Source of the DNA: Hyalangium minutum
Lineage (GTDB): Bacteria > Myxococcota > Myxococcia > Myxococcales > Myxococcaceae
Assembly (NCBI RefSeq): GCF_000737315.1
Contig: NZ_JMCB01000001.1
Coordinates: 806,001 to 870,000, forward strand
Reading direction: 5' to 3'
Length of the DNA stretch: 64,000 nt
The translations under genes and the position numbers were made by a program. Under the pieces are notes generated by a model. It was given only the letters and a program-made list of their open reading frames with translations, ran no database searches and had not been told where the DNA came from. Of this stretch, positions 1-10,583 are shown piece after piece (positions within the stretch are counted from its first letter, which is position 1; each line of letters starts with the position of its first letter).

Positions 1-210
1 GTTTGCCGAAAGCTCATGCTGCGGCGGATCGACGAGCAGCTTAACTATATTGAGAAGGCCACCAAGCAGGCTCCAGGCGCCTATGACCTCACGGAAGAGA
101 CGCGGCGGCTGCTGGCGCAGCGTATCGAGCTCCTGGCGCTGAAGAAGCGCGTCCAGGATGAACTCCGCCCCTCGGTGCCGGGAACAAAGGCACCAATGCA
201 ACCGGTTTGA
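1..210 (+). CDS. C-terminal end of upstream gene, probably DNA primase (partial, runs off window start)
   Basis: Open frame from base 1 ([14 protein letters not shown]...MQPV*), helical composition. The position directly upstream of rpoD matches the conserved dnaG-rpoD arrangement. No primase motif is visible in this fragment. Confidence 0.5.
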   Translation, partial: VCRKLMLRRIDEQLNYIEKATKQAPGAYDLTEETRRLLAQRIELLALKKRVQDELRPSVPGTKAPMQPV

Positions 211-298
211 GTTCGCGTTTGTAACTATCCTGCACTTTGCGGTAGATCGGCCGGCTCGCTCCAGGCCAAGCACCTGTTTTTCAAGGAGAAGTACCCGA

Positions 299-2422
<2,124 letters not shown>

Positions 2423-2557
2423 GGCGAGTGGGCGGTTGAAGCCCCGGGCCTTCGAGGCCCGGTGGCACCCGGAGCCCCCGTTCCCAGCGTGGACCGGGGG
2501 CTTCACCGTTTCCAAGGCCGCACAGGGTGGACGGCAGCCCCCTTGTCAGCGGCACGC

Positions 2558-2578
2558 ACAGCGGGATACTCCCGCTGT
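2558..2578. terminator. Perfect 9-bp hairpin between rpoD and tRNA (terminator or operator)
   Basis: ACAGCGGGA-tac-TCCCGCTGT. No U-tract. Overlaps a possible -10 downstream of TTGTCA at 2543-2548. Confidence 0.35.
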
Positions 2579-2599
2579 CACCCGGCGTTGCACCGTTCC

Positions 2600-2672
2600 G
2601 GGCCCTTAGCTCAGTGGTTAGAGCTGTCGGCTCATAACCGATTGGTCCCTGGTTCGAATCCAGGAGGGCCCA
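2600..2672 (+). tRNA. tRNA with CAT anticodon, most likely tRNA-Ile2 (lysidine-modified); CCA not encoded
   Basis: Cloverleaf GGGCCCT/AGGGCCC acceptor, GCTC/GAGC D-stem, CTCATAA anticodon loop, TTCGAAT T-loop. The paired 1-72 and absence of three consecutive G-C pairs in the anticodon stem exclude initiator Met. The GGGCCC start resembles Ile2 tRNAs. Confidence 0.85.
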
Positions 2673-2687
2673 CTCGTTGTCCCCTCT

Positions 2688-2722
2688 CCCCGCGCCTCGG
2701 GAAGTCCCGCCGAGGCGCGGGG
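2688..2722 (+). terminator. 13-bp GC hairpin downstream of tRNA-Ile2
   Basis: CCCCGCGCCTCGG-N9-CCGAGGCGCGGGG; no clear U-tract. Confidence 0.5.
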
Positions 2723-2755
2723 GCGCTCAGTAGGAAAGCCCAGGCCACACCCGGG

Positions 2756-4033
2756 ATGCGTGAATCCTCTGAAGAAGCGCTGAGACAGCTTCGGCTGCAG
2801 CAGTTCCTGGGGCTCATGCTGCCCATCTCCGTGGGCTTCCTGCTCCTCTACCTCGCCTTCGCGCTCGCGCTGCGAAGCGTGGCGCTCATGGGAGGGGCGG
2901 GAGCGGTGCTCCTCTACACGGTAGCGCTCGCCCGGTCCCGGACGCTGGCCACGCGGGGACAGGCTGAGCGTGCGGCGCTCCTGAGCGGCTATGCGCTGCT
3001 GGTGATGGTGGCCCTCGGGGCGCTCTTCGTGCACTTCCTGCTCGCGGGGCTGTTGATGATCCCCATCGCCGGAGTGGCGCTGGTGCTGCCGTACGTGGAC
3101 CCGCCCCCCCTGGCTCGCTACATGCTCGCCGCATTTGGCGTCGACGTATGGGTGATGGTCGTGGACGGATTGCTGCCGCCGCTCTTCGAGCAGCCCCCGC
3201 TGGGTTTCCAGCGCTGGGTGTTTGCTCTGGCGGTGGTGGCGTGCGTGGGGCTGACGCTGCGGATGCTGTGGGTGGATGCGGTCCGATTGCGCCAGAGCCT
3301 GGCGCGCGCCGAGGAGGCGGTGGCCACCCGGGATGAGTTCCTCTCCGTGGCCAGCCACGAGCTCAAGACACCGCTCACGCCGCTGAGCCTCAAGCTGCAG
3401 ACGCTCCGGCGCGAGTTCTCGGCGCCCTCCTCCGTGCCCAGCCGCGAGCGCAGCCTGGGGCACCTGGACATGGCCCAGCGTCAGGTGAAGAAGCTCGTCG
3501 AGCTGGTGGATGATCTGCTCGACGTGTCCCGCATTGGCGCGGGACAGTTGGAGCTGCACCCCTCACGGGTGGATCTCTCGGCGCTCGTCCGCGACGTGGT
3601 GCAGCGCTTCGAGCCGGAGGCGGCCCGCGCCGGATGTGCCCTCGAGCTGGAGTCTTCCCAACCCGTCGTGGGCTGGGTGGATCCACGGCGGTTTGAGCAG
3701 GTGCTCGACAACTTGCTGTCCAATGCCCTGAAGTACGGCTCCGGCAAACCGGTGCGGGTGCGGCTCGACCCGCAGGGAACACACCTACGGCTGACCGTGC
3801 GCGACCACGGCATTGGCATCCCCGCTGAGGCGCTCGACCGCATCTTCCACCGCTTCGAGCGAGCGGTGTCGGGCCGGCACTACGGCGGCTTGGGGTTGGG
3901 GCTCTACATCACCCGAAGGATTGTCGAGGAGAGCGGCGGCACGGTGGTCGCGGCCAGCGAGCCTGACCAGGGAGCCACCTTCACCGTCGAGTTGCCCCTG
4001 GGAGCGAGCCCCGTCCCGCCGGGCGGAGATTGA
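2756..4033 (+). CDS. Membrane sensor histidine kinase (orphan)
   Basis: About 6 hydrophobic N-terminal helices, H-box FLSVASHELKTPL, N-box QVLDNLLSNALKY, DHGIGI, GLGLGLYI. Start at ATG 2756 chosen because the ORF extension overlaps the tRNA. Confidence 0.9.
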   Translation: MRESSEEALRQLRLQQFLGLMLPISVGFLLLYLAFALALRSVALMGGAGAVLLYTVALARSRTLATRGQAERAALLSGYALLVMVALGALFVHFLLAGLLMIPIAGVALVLPYVDPPPLARYMLAAFGVDVWVMVVDGLLPPLFEQPPLGFQRWVFALAVVACVGLTLRMLWVDAVRLRQSLARAEEAVATRDEFLSVASHELKTPLTPLSLKLQTLRREFSAPSSVPSRERSLGHLDMAQRQVKKLVELVDDLLDVSRIGAGQLELHPSRVDLSALVRDVVQRFEPEAARAGCALELESSQPVVGWVDPRRFEQVLDNLLSNALKYGSGKPVRVRLDPQGTHLRLTVRDHGIGIPAEALDRIFHRFERAVSGRHYGGLGLGLYITRRIVEESGGTVVAASEPDQGATFTVELPLGASPVPPGGD

Positions 4034-4065
4034 CCATCTCCAGCCCCCGCCCCCCGAGCGCCACC

Positions 4066-4431
4066 TCAGGCCCGCGCCGGGCCCTTCTGGGTGCCCTCGT
4101 CGCGGCCGTGAACCGCCGCCGGCGGGCTGGTGGCCTCCACCGCAGTGAAGGGCTCGAGGATCTTGTACGTGTGGCTCGCGCCGCGTGGCACGAGCCACGA
4201 GTCGCCCGGGTTCAGCAACAACACCTGTCCCTCCAGGTGCAGCTCGGCCCTGCCCTTCACCACGTAACCGACCGTCTCGTAGTCGCGCGCAACGGGGGCC
4301 CTCGGCTCTCCCGGCGGCTCCTCCTCCCACAGGCGCATGGACACGCGGACGCCCGAGGCCAGGTACTTCTGCCCCATCTCTCCACGCGGCGAGTGTCGTG
4401 CTTCGACCTTCTTGACGCTGGTGTCACCCAT
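4066..4431 (-). CDS. Cupin-domain protein
   Basis: YETVGYVVKGRAELHLEGQVLLLNPGDSWLVPRGASHTY cupin pattern; start MGDTSVKK at 4431. Confidence 0.8.
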   Translation of the reverse strand: MGDTSVKKVEARHSPRGEMGQKYLASGVRVSMRLWEEEPPGEPRAPVARDYETVGYVVKGRAELHLEGQVLLLNPGDSWLVPRGASHTYKILEPFTAVEATSPPAAVHGRDEGTQKGPARA

Positions 4432-4591
4432 GCCTCGTCTCCTCCGCTTCGCGGTGTTGGCCGCTGAACGACTCTGAAGGGAAGGTAAGGAAGGAGCGGG
4501 GGACGACACTTCGAGGGAACCCAGCTGCCCCCTCCTCGTGGGAGGGAGCAGAGGCTCAACCCCTCAGAACTCCAAGGACTTCAACAGCACC

Positions 4592-4786
4592 TCAGTAGCC
4601 CTCGAGCGGCGGCTGCGGTCCGGGAACGATGCCAGCGATGTCCGGATCCACACCTTCCTGGCCCGGCTGGCCGGCACGCTCGGCCTTTTCCTTCTTCCGC
4701 TGATCGCGCCGGACGTCCTTCTCCTTGTTCTTCTCTTTGCGCGCCAGTTCCTTCTGGCGTTTCGACATTCCCGGGTGTTGTGGCAC
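4592..4786 (-). CDS. Small, highly charged hypothetical protein downstream of csp
   Basis: AAGGAGG Shine-Dalgarno then GTG at 4786; MPQHPGMSKRQKELARKEKNKEKDVRRDQRKKEK...DPDIAGIVPGPQP. Confidence 0.65.
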   Translation of the reverse strand: MPQHPGMSKRQKELARKEKNKEKDVRRDQRKKEKAERAGQPGQEGVDPDIAGIVPGPQPPLEGY

Positions 4787-4823
4787 GGTGCCCTCCTTCA
4801 GCAGCAATTAAGGACTCGGAACG

Positions 4824-4862
4824 AAAAACAAAAGGCCCAGCCCCTCATAAGGGCCAGGCCTT
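4824..4862 (-). terminator. Rho-independent terminator after csp
   Basis: Minus strand AAGGCCTGGCCCT-TATG-AGGGGCTGGGCC followed by TTTTTGTTTTT. Confidence 0.7.
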
Positions 4863-4887
4863 GTTCTGGCGAGATGAATGCCGCGCG

Positions 4888-5091
4888 TTAGCCAACGACG
4901 CGAACGTTCTCTGCCTGAAGCCCCTTGGGGCCGCGCTTCACGTCGAACTCTACGCGCTGCCCCTCGGCCAGCGTGCGGAAACCATCCGACTGGATGGCGG
5001 TGTGATGGCAGAACACATCCTCGCCACCCTCCTGCGCGATGAACCCGAAACCCTTGGCATCATTGAACCACTTCACAGTACCAGTTGCCAT
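4888..5091 (-). CDS. csp: Cold-shock protein (CspA family)
   Basis: [33 protein letters not shown]: RNP1 KGFGFI and RNP2 VFCH; 67 aa. Confidence 0.97.
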   Translation of the reverse strand: MATGTVKWFNDAKGFGFIAQEGGEDVFCHHTAIQSDGFRTLAEGQRVEFDVKRGPKGLQAENVRVVG

Positions 5092-5352
5092 TGCTCTTCT
5101 TCTTTCTGCTATGCACGGCCCCCTTGCGAGGACCGCCCGTCGCCAGGACGCACATCGCCCTGGTAGCGCCCCTCTATCACGGGGTGCCGCCCATGTAACC
5201 CCCCACGTCCCCACTCCATTCCTTTTGGGGACAGAGCCTTCACACTTCTTCACGCCGCTGGGGGCATGGGCTTCACACCCGCTCTCTACCTTCTGCTCCG
5301 TCAACAACGAACACCGGGCGCCTGGTTGTCCGGTCCCTGACGGAGCAAGACC

Positions 5353-5859
5353 ATGTTTGGATTCTTCTTTGGAACTGCGTGCCTCGCCGGCCTCATCTTC
5401 GCGCTGCGCCGCAGCCAGTGGCACCACTCCCACGGCTTCGCAGGGGGCCGCGGCGGGCGCTGGAGCTGGCGCGGCCGGATGCGCTGGCTCTTCGAGCGGC
5501 TGGACACCTCGCCCGGCCAGGAGAAGGTCTTCGTCAAGGCCGCGGATGAGCTGACCGAGGCCTTCGAGAAGCTGCGCGACGAGGCCCGCAACACCCGCGC
5601 CGCCATTGCCCAGGCGCTGCGCGGCGAGCAGTTCGACGGGGCCTCGCTGCGCGAGCTGCACGAGAAGCATGACGCGCTGCTCGCCCAATTGCGCGAGACG
5701 ATGCGCACCTCCATGGCCCAGATCCACGAGTCGCTGGACCCGCGCCAGCGCCGCGAGCTGGCGGACCTCATCGAGCACGGCTTCGGCTACGGCTACCGCG
5801 GCTTCGGGCACTGTGGCGGGCGCGGGTTCGGCCGGCACGGCGGCCCCCGGTACGTCTGA
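5353..5859 (+). CDS. Spy/CpxP/ZraP-like helical accessory protein with N-terminal hydrophobic anchor
   Basis: Hydrophobic N-terminus, Gly/His/Arg-rich segment, helical core, and C-terminal [13 protein letters not shown] resembling the LTXXQ motif of CpxP/Spy. Lies upstream of a two-component pair. Confidence 0.6.
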   Translation: MFGFFFGTACLAGLIFALRRSQWHHSHGFAGGRGGRWSWRGRMRWLFERLDTSPGQEKVFVKAADELTEAFEKLRDEARNTRAAIAQALRGEQFDGASLRELHEKHDALLAQLRETMRTSMAQIHESLDPRQRRELADLIEHGFGYGYRGFGHCGGRGFGRHGGPRYV

Positions 5860-5898
5860 GTCCCCTTCCCCTCTTCCCCACGACAAGGAACCACCGCC

Positions 5899-6105
5899 AT
5901 GCGCCGACGCATCGTCATTGTCCTGCTCGCCCTGGGAACCGTGGGCGGCTACGTCTCCGGGTTCACCAGCCTCCGCTCCCGCTCCCACTGCCGCCGCGCC
6001 TGGATGGAGGAGCGCGCCTCCACCACGTGCGCGCCCTGCCCCAGCAGCCCCCAGGCCCCCACCACTGCCAGCGCCGAGGCTCCCACGCCCTCAGGCCCGC
6101 GCTAG
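5899..6105 (+). CDS. Small membrane/secreted hypothetical protein
   Basis: AAGGA upstream; [18 protein letters not shown] signal/TM segment; sits between the accessory gene and the response regulator with short gaps. Confidence 0.6.
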   Translation: MRRRIVIVLLALGTVGGYVSGFTSLRSRSHCRRAWMEERASTTCAPCPSSPQAPTTASAEAPTPSGPR

Positions 6106-6120
6106 AGTCCCGAGCCACCC

Positions 6121-6801
6121 ATGGCCACCCGCGTCCTCCTCATCGACGATGACACCCGGATGTTCGAGCTGCTCGCGCAGTACCTGGGGCAGAACGGCAT
6201 CACGGTGGCCCACGCGGCGGATGGGGGACGCGGTCTCGCCGCGTTGGAGGCCAGCACCTACGACGCGGTCCTTCTGGACGTGATGATGCCGGGCATGGAT
6301 GGCTTGGAGGTGTGCAAGCGCATCCGCGCCAAGCAGCAGATCCCCATCCTCATGCTCACCGCCCGCGGCGACGAGACCGACCGCGTGGTGGGTCTGGAGC
6401 TGGGCGCGGACGACTACCTCGCCAAGCCGTTCAGCCCTCGGGAGCTGCTGGCGCGGCTGCGGGCCGTGCTCCGGCGTTCTCAGCCCACCGCGGTGGCGGA
6501 CCGGCTGGAGTCCAGCGGCGTCTCCATCGACGTGGCCGGGCGTGAGGTGAAGGTGAATGGACAGGCCGTGGAGCTCACCGGCCTCGAGTTCGACTTGCTC
6601 GTGGCGCTGGTGCGGCGCGCGGGCCGCGTCATTCCTCGGGACGCCCTGCTGGGAGAGGCGGGTCGCAGTGACACCGTGGTGGGCGAGCGCACCGTGGACG
6701 TCCATATTTCCCATCTGCGGCAGAAGCTCGGGGACGAAGGCGGCAAGCTCATCAAGACCGTGCGTGGCGTGGGCTACGTCTTCGCCAAAGAGGGGGTGTG
6801 A
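6121..6801 (+). CDS. OmpR-family response regulator
   Basis: VLLIDDD, LLDVMMPGMDG, MLTARG, GADDYLAKPF, winged helix RTVDVHISHLRQKL...IKTVRGVGY. Confidence 0.95.
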   Translation: MATRVLLIDDDTRMFELLAQYLGQNGITVAHAADGGRGLAALEASTYDAVLLDVMMPGMDGLEVCKRIRAKQQIPILMLTARGDETDRVVGLELGADDYLAKPFSPRELLARLRAVLRRSQPTAVADRLESSGVSIDVAGREVKVNGQAVELTGLEFDLLVALVRRAGRVIPRDALLGEAGRSDTVVGERTVDVHISHLRQKLGDEGGKLIKTVRGVGYVFAKEGV

Positions 6802-8264
6802 TGAGGCCCGGCCGTCCCGAAGATTCCTCCCCTGAGGACCGGCCCGAGCCCTCGCACCGGCGCGATCCCCGCCTCGATCACTGGGAGAACAACCCCTGGG
6901 GACCCTGGCCCCATGGCCGCGGCCCTCACGCCCGCTGGCACCGGGGCCACCGCCCCCACGGCCCCTGGTACCGGACGCGCCTGGGCCGCTATCTCCATGC
7001 CCGGCTGCACCGGCGGATCTTCGTCTGGTTCGGGCTCTCCATCTTCATCACGGGCGTCGCCGTGGCCACGGTGATCAACCTGGTGGGAGGTTCCTCCTGG
7101 CGGCAGAACGTCGACCAGGTGCGCACCTTCACCAGCAACCGCTTCGCTGAGGTGTGGGACGATCCCCAGCAACGGGACGCGCTCGTGCAGGGCATCGCCC
7201 GCGACCTGAGCGTGGACCTGGAGCTGCACGACGCCACCGGAGCGCTGATTCGCCGCGCGGGCGCCGCCTGCGACACTCCAGACTACTCCATCCCCGTGGT
7301 CCGCTCGGGCGTCCTGCTGGGCACGGTGGAGGCCTGCTACTTCCGCAACCGGCCCCGCCGCGCCTGGAACTTCATCGCGCCCCTGCTGCTCATGGGCGTC
7401 ATGCTGTGGACGCTCTCGGGGACCATCGCCCGGAGGCTCACCCGGCCCATGGATGCGCTCGTCCGTGCTGCCGCGGGTCTGGGAGCGGGCAAGCTGGCGA
7501 CCCGTGTCCAGATGACCCCGGGCGCCACGGACGAGATGGGCCTGCTGGCCGCGGCCTTCAACGACATGGCCGCCCGCATCGAGCGCCAGATGGCGGACCA
7601 GCGCGAGCTGCTCGCCGCCGTGTCCCACGAGCTGCGCACCCCGCTGGCCCACCTGCGCGTCCTCACCGAGATCCTCCGGGACAGCGGCGGAGATCCGAAG
7701 ACACTCGACAACGTGGACCGCGAGGTGGTCGAGCTGGATGCACTGGTGGGTGAGCTGCTGGCCAGCTCGCGGCTGGACTTCGGGCAGGTGACGCTCCGTC
7801 CGCTCGACTCCAAGGAGCTGGCCTCCCGAGCACTGCAGCGGACCGGGCTGCCCGCGGAGCTGCTGGCGGTGGAGGTCTCGGACACCGCGCTGGTGGCCGA
7901 TGCGACGCTGCTGGGCCGGGCGCTCGCCAACCTCCTGGAGAACGCGCGCAAGCATGGCCAGGGCGCCGAGGCGCTGCGCATCTTCGAGCACGAGGGCCGG
8001 CTGGCCTTCTGCGTGGACGATCGCGGCCCTGGGCTGCAGCCGGGCGAGGAGACACGCATCTTCCAGCCCTTCTACCGGAAGGACCGGGGCGCCGAGGCCC
8101 GCGAGGCGGGCTCACTGGGGTTGGGACTGGCGCTGGTGCAGCGCATCGCGAAGGCCCACGGTGGCGACGTGTTCGCGGAGAACCGTCCCGGTGGAGGCGC
8201 TCGGGTGGGCTTCAGCGTCCAGCGGGAAGGTCCGCCCGCCGTAGCTGCCCCGACTCCAGCGTGA
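6798..8264 (+). CDS. Sensor histidine kinase (2 TM, HAMP, HisKA, HATPase)
   Basis: Two TM segments, HAMP LTRPMDAL...DEMGLLAAAFNDMA, H-box AAVSHELRTPL, ALANLLENARKHG, GLGLGLALV. Start overlaps the regulator stop. Confidence 0.93.
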   Translation: MMRPGRPEDSSPEDRPEPSHRRDPRLDHWENNPWGPWPHGRGPHARWHRGHRPHGPWYRTRLGRYLHARLHRRIFVWFGLSIFITGVAVATVINLVGGSSWRQNVDQVRTFTSNRFAEVWDDPQQRDALVQGIARDLSVDLELHDATGALIRRAGAACDTPDYSIPVVRSGVLLGTVEACYFRNRPRRAWNFIAPLLLMGVMLWTLSGTIARRLTRPMDALVRAAAGLGAGKLATRVQMTPGATDEMGLLAAAFNDMAARIERQMADQRELLAAVSHELRTPLAHLRVLTEILRDSGGDPKTLDNVDREVVELDALVGELLASSRLDFGQVTLRPLDSKELASRALQRTGLPAELLAVEVSDTALVADATLLGRALANLLENARKHGQGAEALRIFEHEGRLAFCVDDRGPGLQPGEETRIFQPFYRKDRGAEAREAGSLGLGLALVQRIAKAHGGDVFAENRPGGGARVGFSVQREGPPAVAAPTPA

Positions 8265-9729
8265 GCGGCGGGCAGTACGGACCTGACTCGCTCCGCTTCC
8301 AATACGCGCCCGTGCTCCGCCACTCGGAGAGGTCCGTGAAGCGGTAGTCGAACGAGCGCGTGCGCACGAAGCGTGGCGGCGTTTCCGGGAACGGATCCTC
8401 CCGGAAGAACCCCCGCGCCACCGCGTCGCCCTTCAGGAGCTGCTCCTGAAGGCGAATCAGCCACCGGTTGTCCACACAGCGCGAGAGCGAGGCGAACCAC
8501 ATCTGCCAGTCGAGCCGCGGTTGGTGTGGCGCCACGAAGCGGGGAGCCTCATCCACCGGGCCGGGACGCCACCGCAGGAGGTACTCGTGCCAGGTCTGCC
8601 CGTCGGCGCTGCCCTCGAGGACGATCTCCTTCCGCTCCGTGGTCATCACCGCGAAGAGGCCATAGGTGTTCACGCTGCGCAGGCTCGCGGTCTCGCCCAG
8701 CGCCCAGCTCAGCGGTGAGGGCAAGGGGGTGCGGCTCACCCGCTGCACGTCCGAGGCCAGCGCCAGGACGCAGTACATGACCGCGAAGCCCCAGAACCCA
8801 GCGGTCCGCTGGCTCTGGAAGCGATGGACTGGCGCCGGCACGGGCGAGAGCCTCTGGAAGGGCCTCCACCTCGCCAGTACCCCGTCATCGAGCGCGGAGA
8901 GGCACAGCACGATCGTCAGGAGGTTGAAGAACCCGTAGTTGCCCGTGCCGAGGATGCCCAGCTGCAAGGCGATGAGCGCCCCTGCCGCCACGAGCCGCAC
9001 GCGCCTGGGCCCGAAGAGGAGAAACGGCGCCACGAGCTCGATGACGAACATCACCGCCACGCCCGCGCGGTGGAGCACCGCCGGGAGCTGCCAGACGAAA
9101 TACGCGACAGGGTTGGGGAGCGGCTGGGTCCAGTAGTGGAACTCGAGCGCCGTGAGGCTGCGCCACACCGCATCCCCGCTGGCCAGCTTCACTACGCCGG
9201 ACATGAACATCAGCCGGAACAGCAGGAAGCGCACGAGCAGGATCGGCCCGAGGCGGGGCTCTGGGACACTCGTGGAGGGACGCAGCCGTCCAGGAGCCAG
9301 CGGCACGGAGACGATGGCGGCCTCCAACAGCAGCACGTCCCACTGGTAGCTGAGGAAGACGCCACCCACGGAGGTGAGCGACAGGTAGCAGGCCCACGCG
9401 CCAATGAGCGCCCAGCGCGGCGCCACATCCACCAGAACCAGAACACCGCACGCCAGGCCCGCGAGCCCCACGGCCCACAGGCCGCCCTCTCCTGCCCCGG
9501 TAAGCCAGAGCAGCGTGGGCAGGCGGAAGTACCGCTCGGGCCCGAGCTCCAGCCGGGCCCACTCGAGCCACGCGGCCGCGGGCTCCAGGCCCTGCGGCCC
9601 CATCAGCCCCGAGAGCTGGGGCAACAGCGAGGCGAAGGCGATGCAGAAGATCAGCCCGAGCCCGCGCAGGTACAGCCAGCGGACCCGGGCCAGGCCCCTC
9701 CCAGCCTCGCGCCCCGCTTTCACGCTCAC
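8212..9729 (-). CDS. Lipase maturation factor (LMF1) family membrane protein
   Basis: FLSYQWDVLLLE, FRLMFMSGVVKLASGD, HYWTQPLPNP, LGILGTGNYGFFNLL, NTYGLFAVMT, PHQPRLDWQMWF are LMF1 family motifs. Confidence 0.88.
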   Translation of the reverse strand: MSVKAGREAGRGLARVRWLYLRGLGLIFCIAFASLLPQLSGLMGPQGLEPAAAWLEWARLELGPERYFRLPTLLWLTGAGEGGLWAVGLAGLACGVLVLVDVAPRWALIGAWACYLSLTSVGGVFLSYQWDVLLLEAAIVSVPLAPGRLRPSTSVPEPRLGPILLVRFLLFRLMFMSGVVKLASGDAVWRSLTALEFHYWTQPLPNPVAYFVWQLPAVLHRAGVAVMFVIELVAPFLLFGPRRVRLVAAGALIALQLGILGTGNYGFFNLLTIVLCLSALDDGVLARWRPFQRLSPVPAPVHRFQSQRTAGFWGFAVMYCVLALASDVQRVSRTPLPSPLSWALGETASLRSVNTYGLFAVMTTERKEIVLEGSADGQTWHEYLLRWRPGPVDEAPRFVAPHQPRLDWQMWFASLSRCVDNRWLIRLQEQLLKGDAVARGFFREDPFPETPPRFVRTRSFDYRFTDLSEWRSTGAYWKRSESGPYCPPLTLESGQLRRADLPAGR

Positions 9730-9739
9730 ACCCGAGGGC

Positions 9740-10552
9740 CTAGCCCTTGTCGGTGCCGGTGAACTCGAAGGAGGCCTCGGCGGTCTCGCCGTCCTTCACC
9801 GTCACCTCGGCCGTCTTCGTGCCGAACGTCTCGTGCCACGCCTCCAGCGTGTACGTGCCAGCCGGGAGCGCGTTGAGGGTGAAGCTGCCGTCCTCGCCCG
9901 TGGTGGCGAAGTACGGGTGCGAGCTCACGGCGATGTACGAGCGCATCCACGGATGCACGTCGCACTTGAGCGTGACGAGCTCGGTGTCGGACGGCGCGGG
10001 CTTGGTCACCGGCGGCATGGACGGCGGCTGGGCCAGGTTGAAGATGGGCTTGGTGCCCGCCATGGCGCGCACGTTGTGCAGCGTCCCATCGCTGTTCTTC
10101 ACCTGGATGGGCTGGCCGGCCTGGGCGCCCGTCACGCGCGGCAGGTAGGTGCACTTCACCTGATCAATCACCACCGGGGTGCTCGGGGCCGCCGGAGCGC
10201 CCGCCACGGGGCCCTTCACGCGCACCAGCACGTTCTGGAGCTTGCCGTCCTTCACCAGCACCGCAGGCTCCTTCTGCGCCATGCCCTCGCAGGCCGGATC
10301 CGCACTTGCGGGGATGTCCGCCGGGGCTGGGGCCGTACCGGTGAACTTCACCACACCCTTGATGGTGCTCTTGCCCGCGGGCGCCGGAGGCGTCTGCGCC
10401 TGCGTGGCCTCGGGGGGGGTGGGCTTGCCCTGCTCCGTCGGGGTGGGGGCCGTGGGCGTCGTGGGCTTGGACGCCTCGTCCTTCGTGCAGGCAGGCAGGA
10501 CCGCCAGGCTCGCCGCACCGATCAGGGTGAGGCCGAACGTGCGCAGCTTCAT
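9740..10552 (-). CDS. Lipoprotein with cupredoxin-like (type-1 copper) domain and carboxypeptidase-regulatory-like C-terminal domain
   Basis: Lipobox VLPAC; Pro/Thr linker; NSDGTLHNV plus KCDVHPWM (His...Cys-x2-His-x2-Met); TTGEDGSFTLNALPAGTYTLEAWH beta-sandwich. Confidence 0.7.
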   Translation of the reverse strand: MKLRTFGLTLIGAASLAVLPACTKDEASKPTTPTAPTPTEQGKPTPPEATQAQTPPAPAGKSTIKGVVKFTGTAPAPADIPASADPACEGMAQKEPAVLVKDGKLQNVLVRVKGPVAGAPAAPSTPVVIDQVKCTYLPRVTGAQAGQPIQVKNSDGTLHNVRAMAGTKPIFNLAQPPSMPPVTKPAPSDTELVTLKCDVHPWMRSYIAVSSHPYFATTGEDGSFTLNALPAGTYTLEAWHETFGTKTAEVTVKDGETAEASFEFTGTDKG

Positions 10553-10583
10553 GGGGAGCTCCTTGTCACTACAGGGGGGGGTG

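Noticed and set aside
2600-2672. Initiator tRNA-fMet
   Set aside because: The 1-72 pair is Watson-Crick and the anticodon stem lacks three consecutive G-C pairs.
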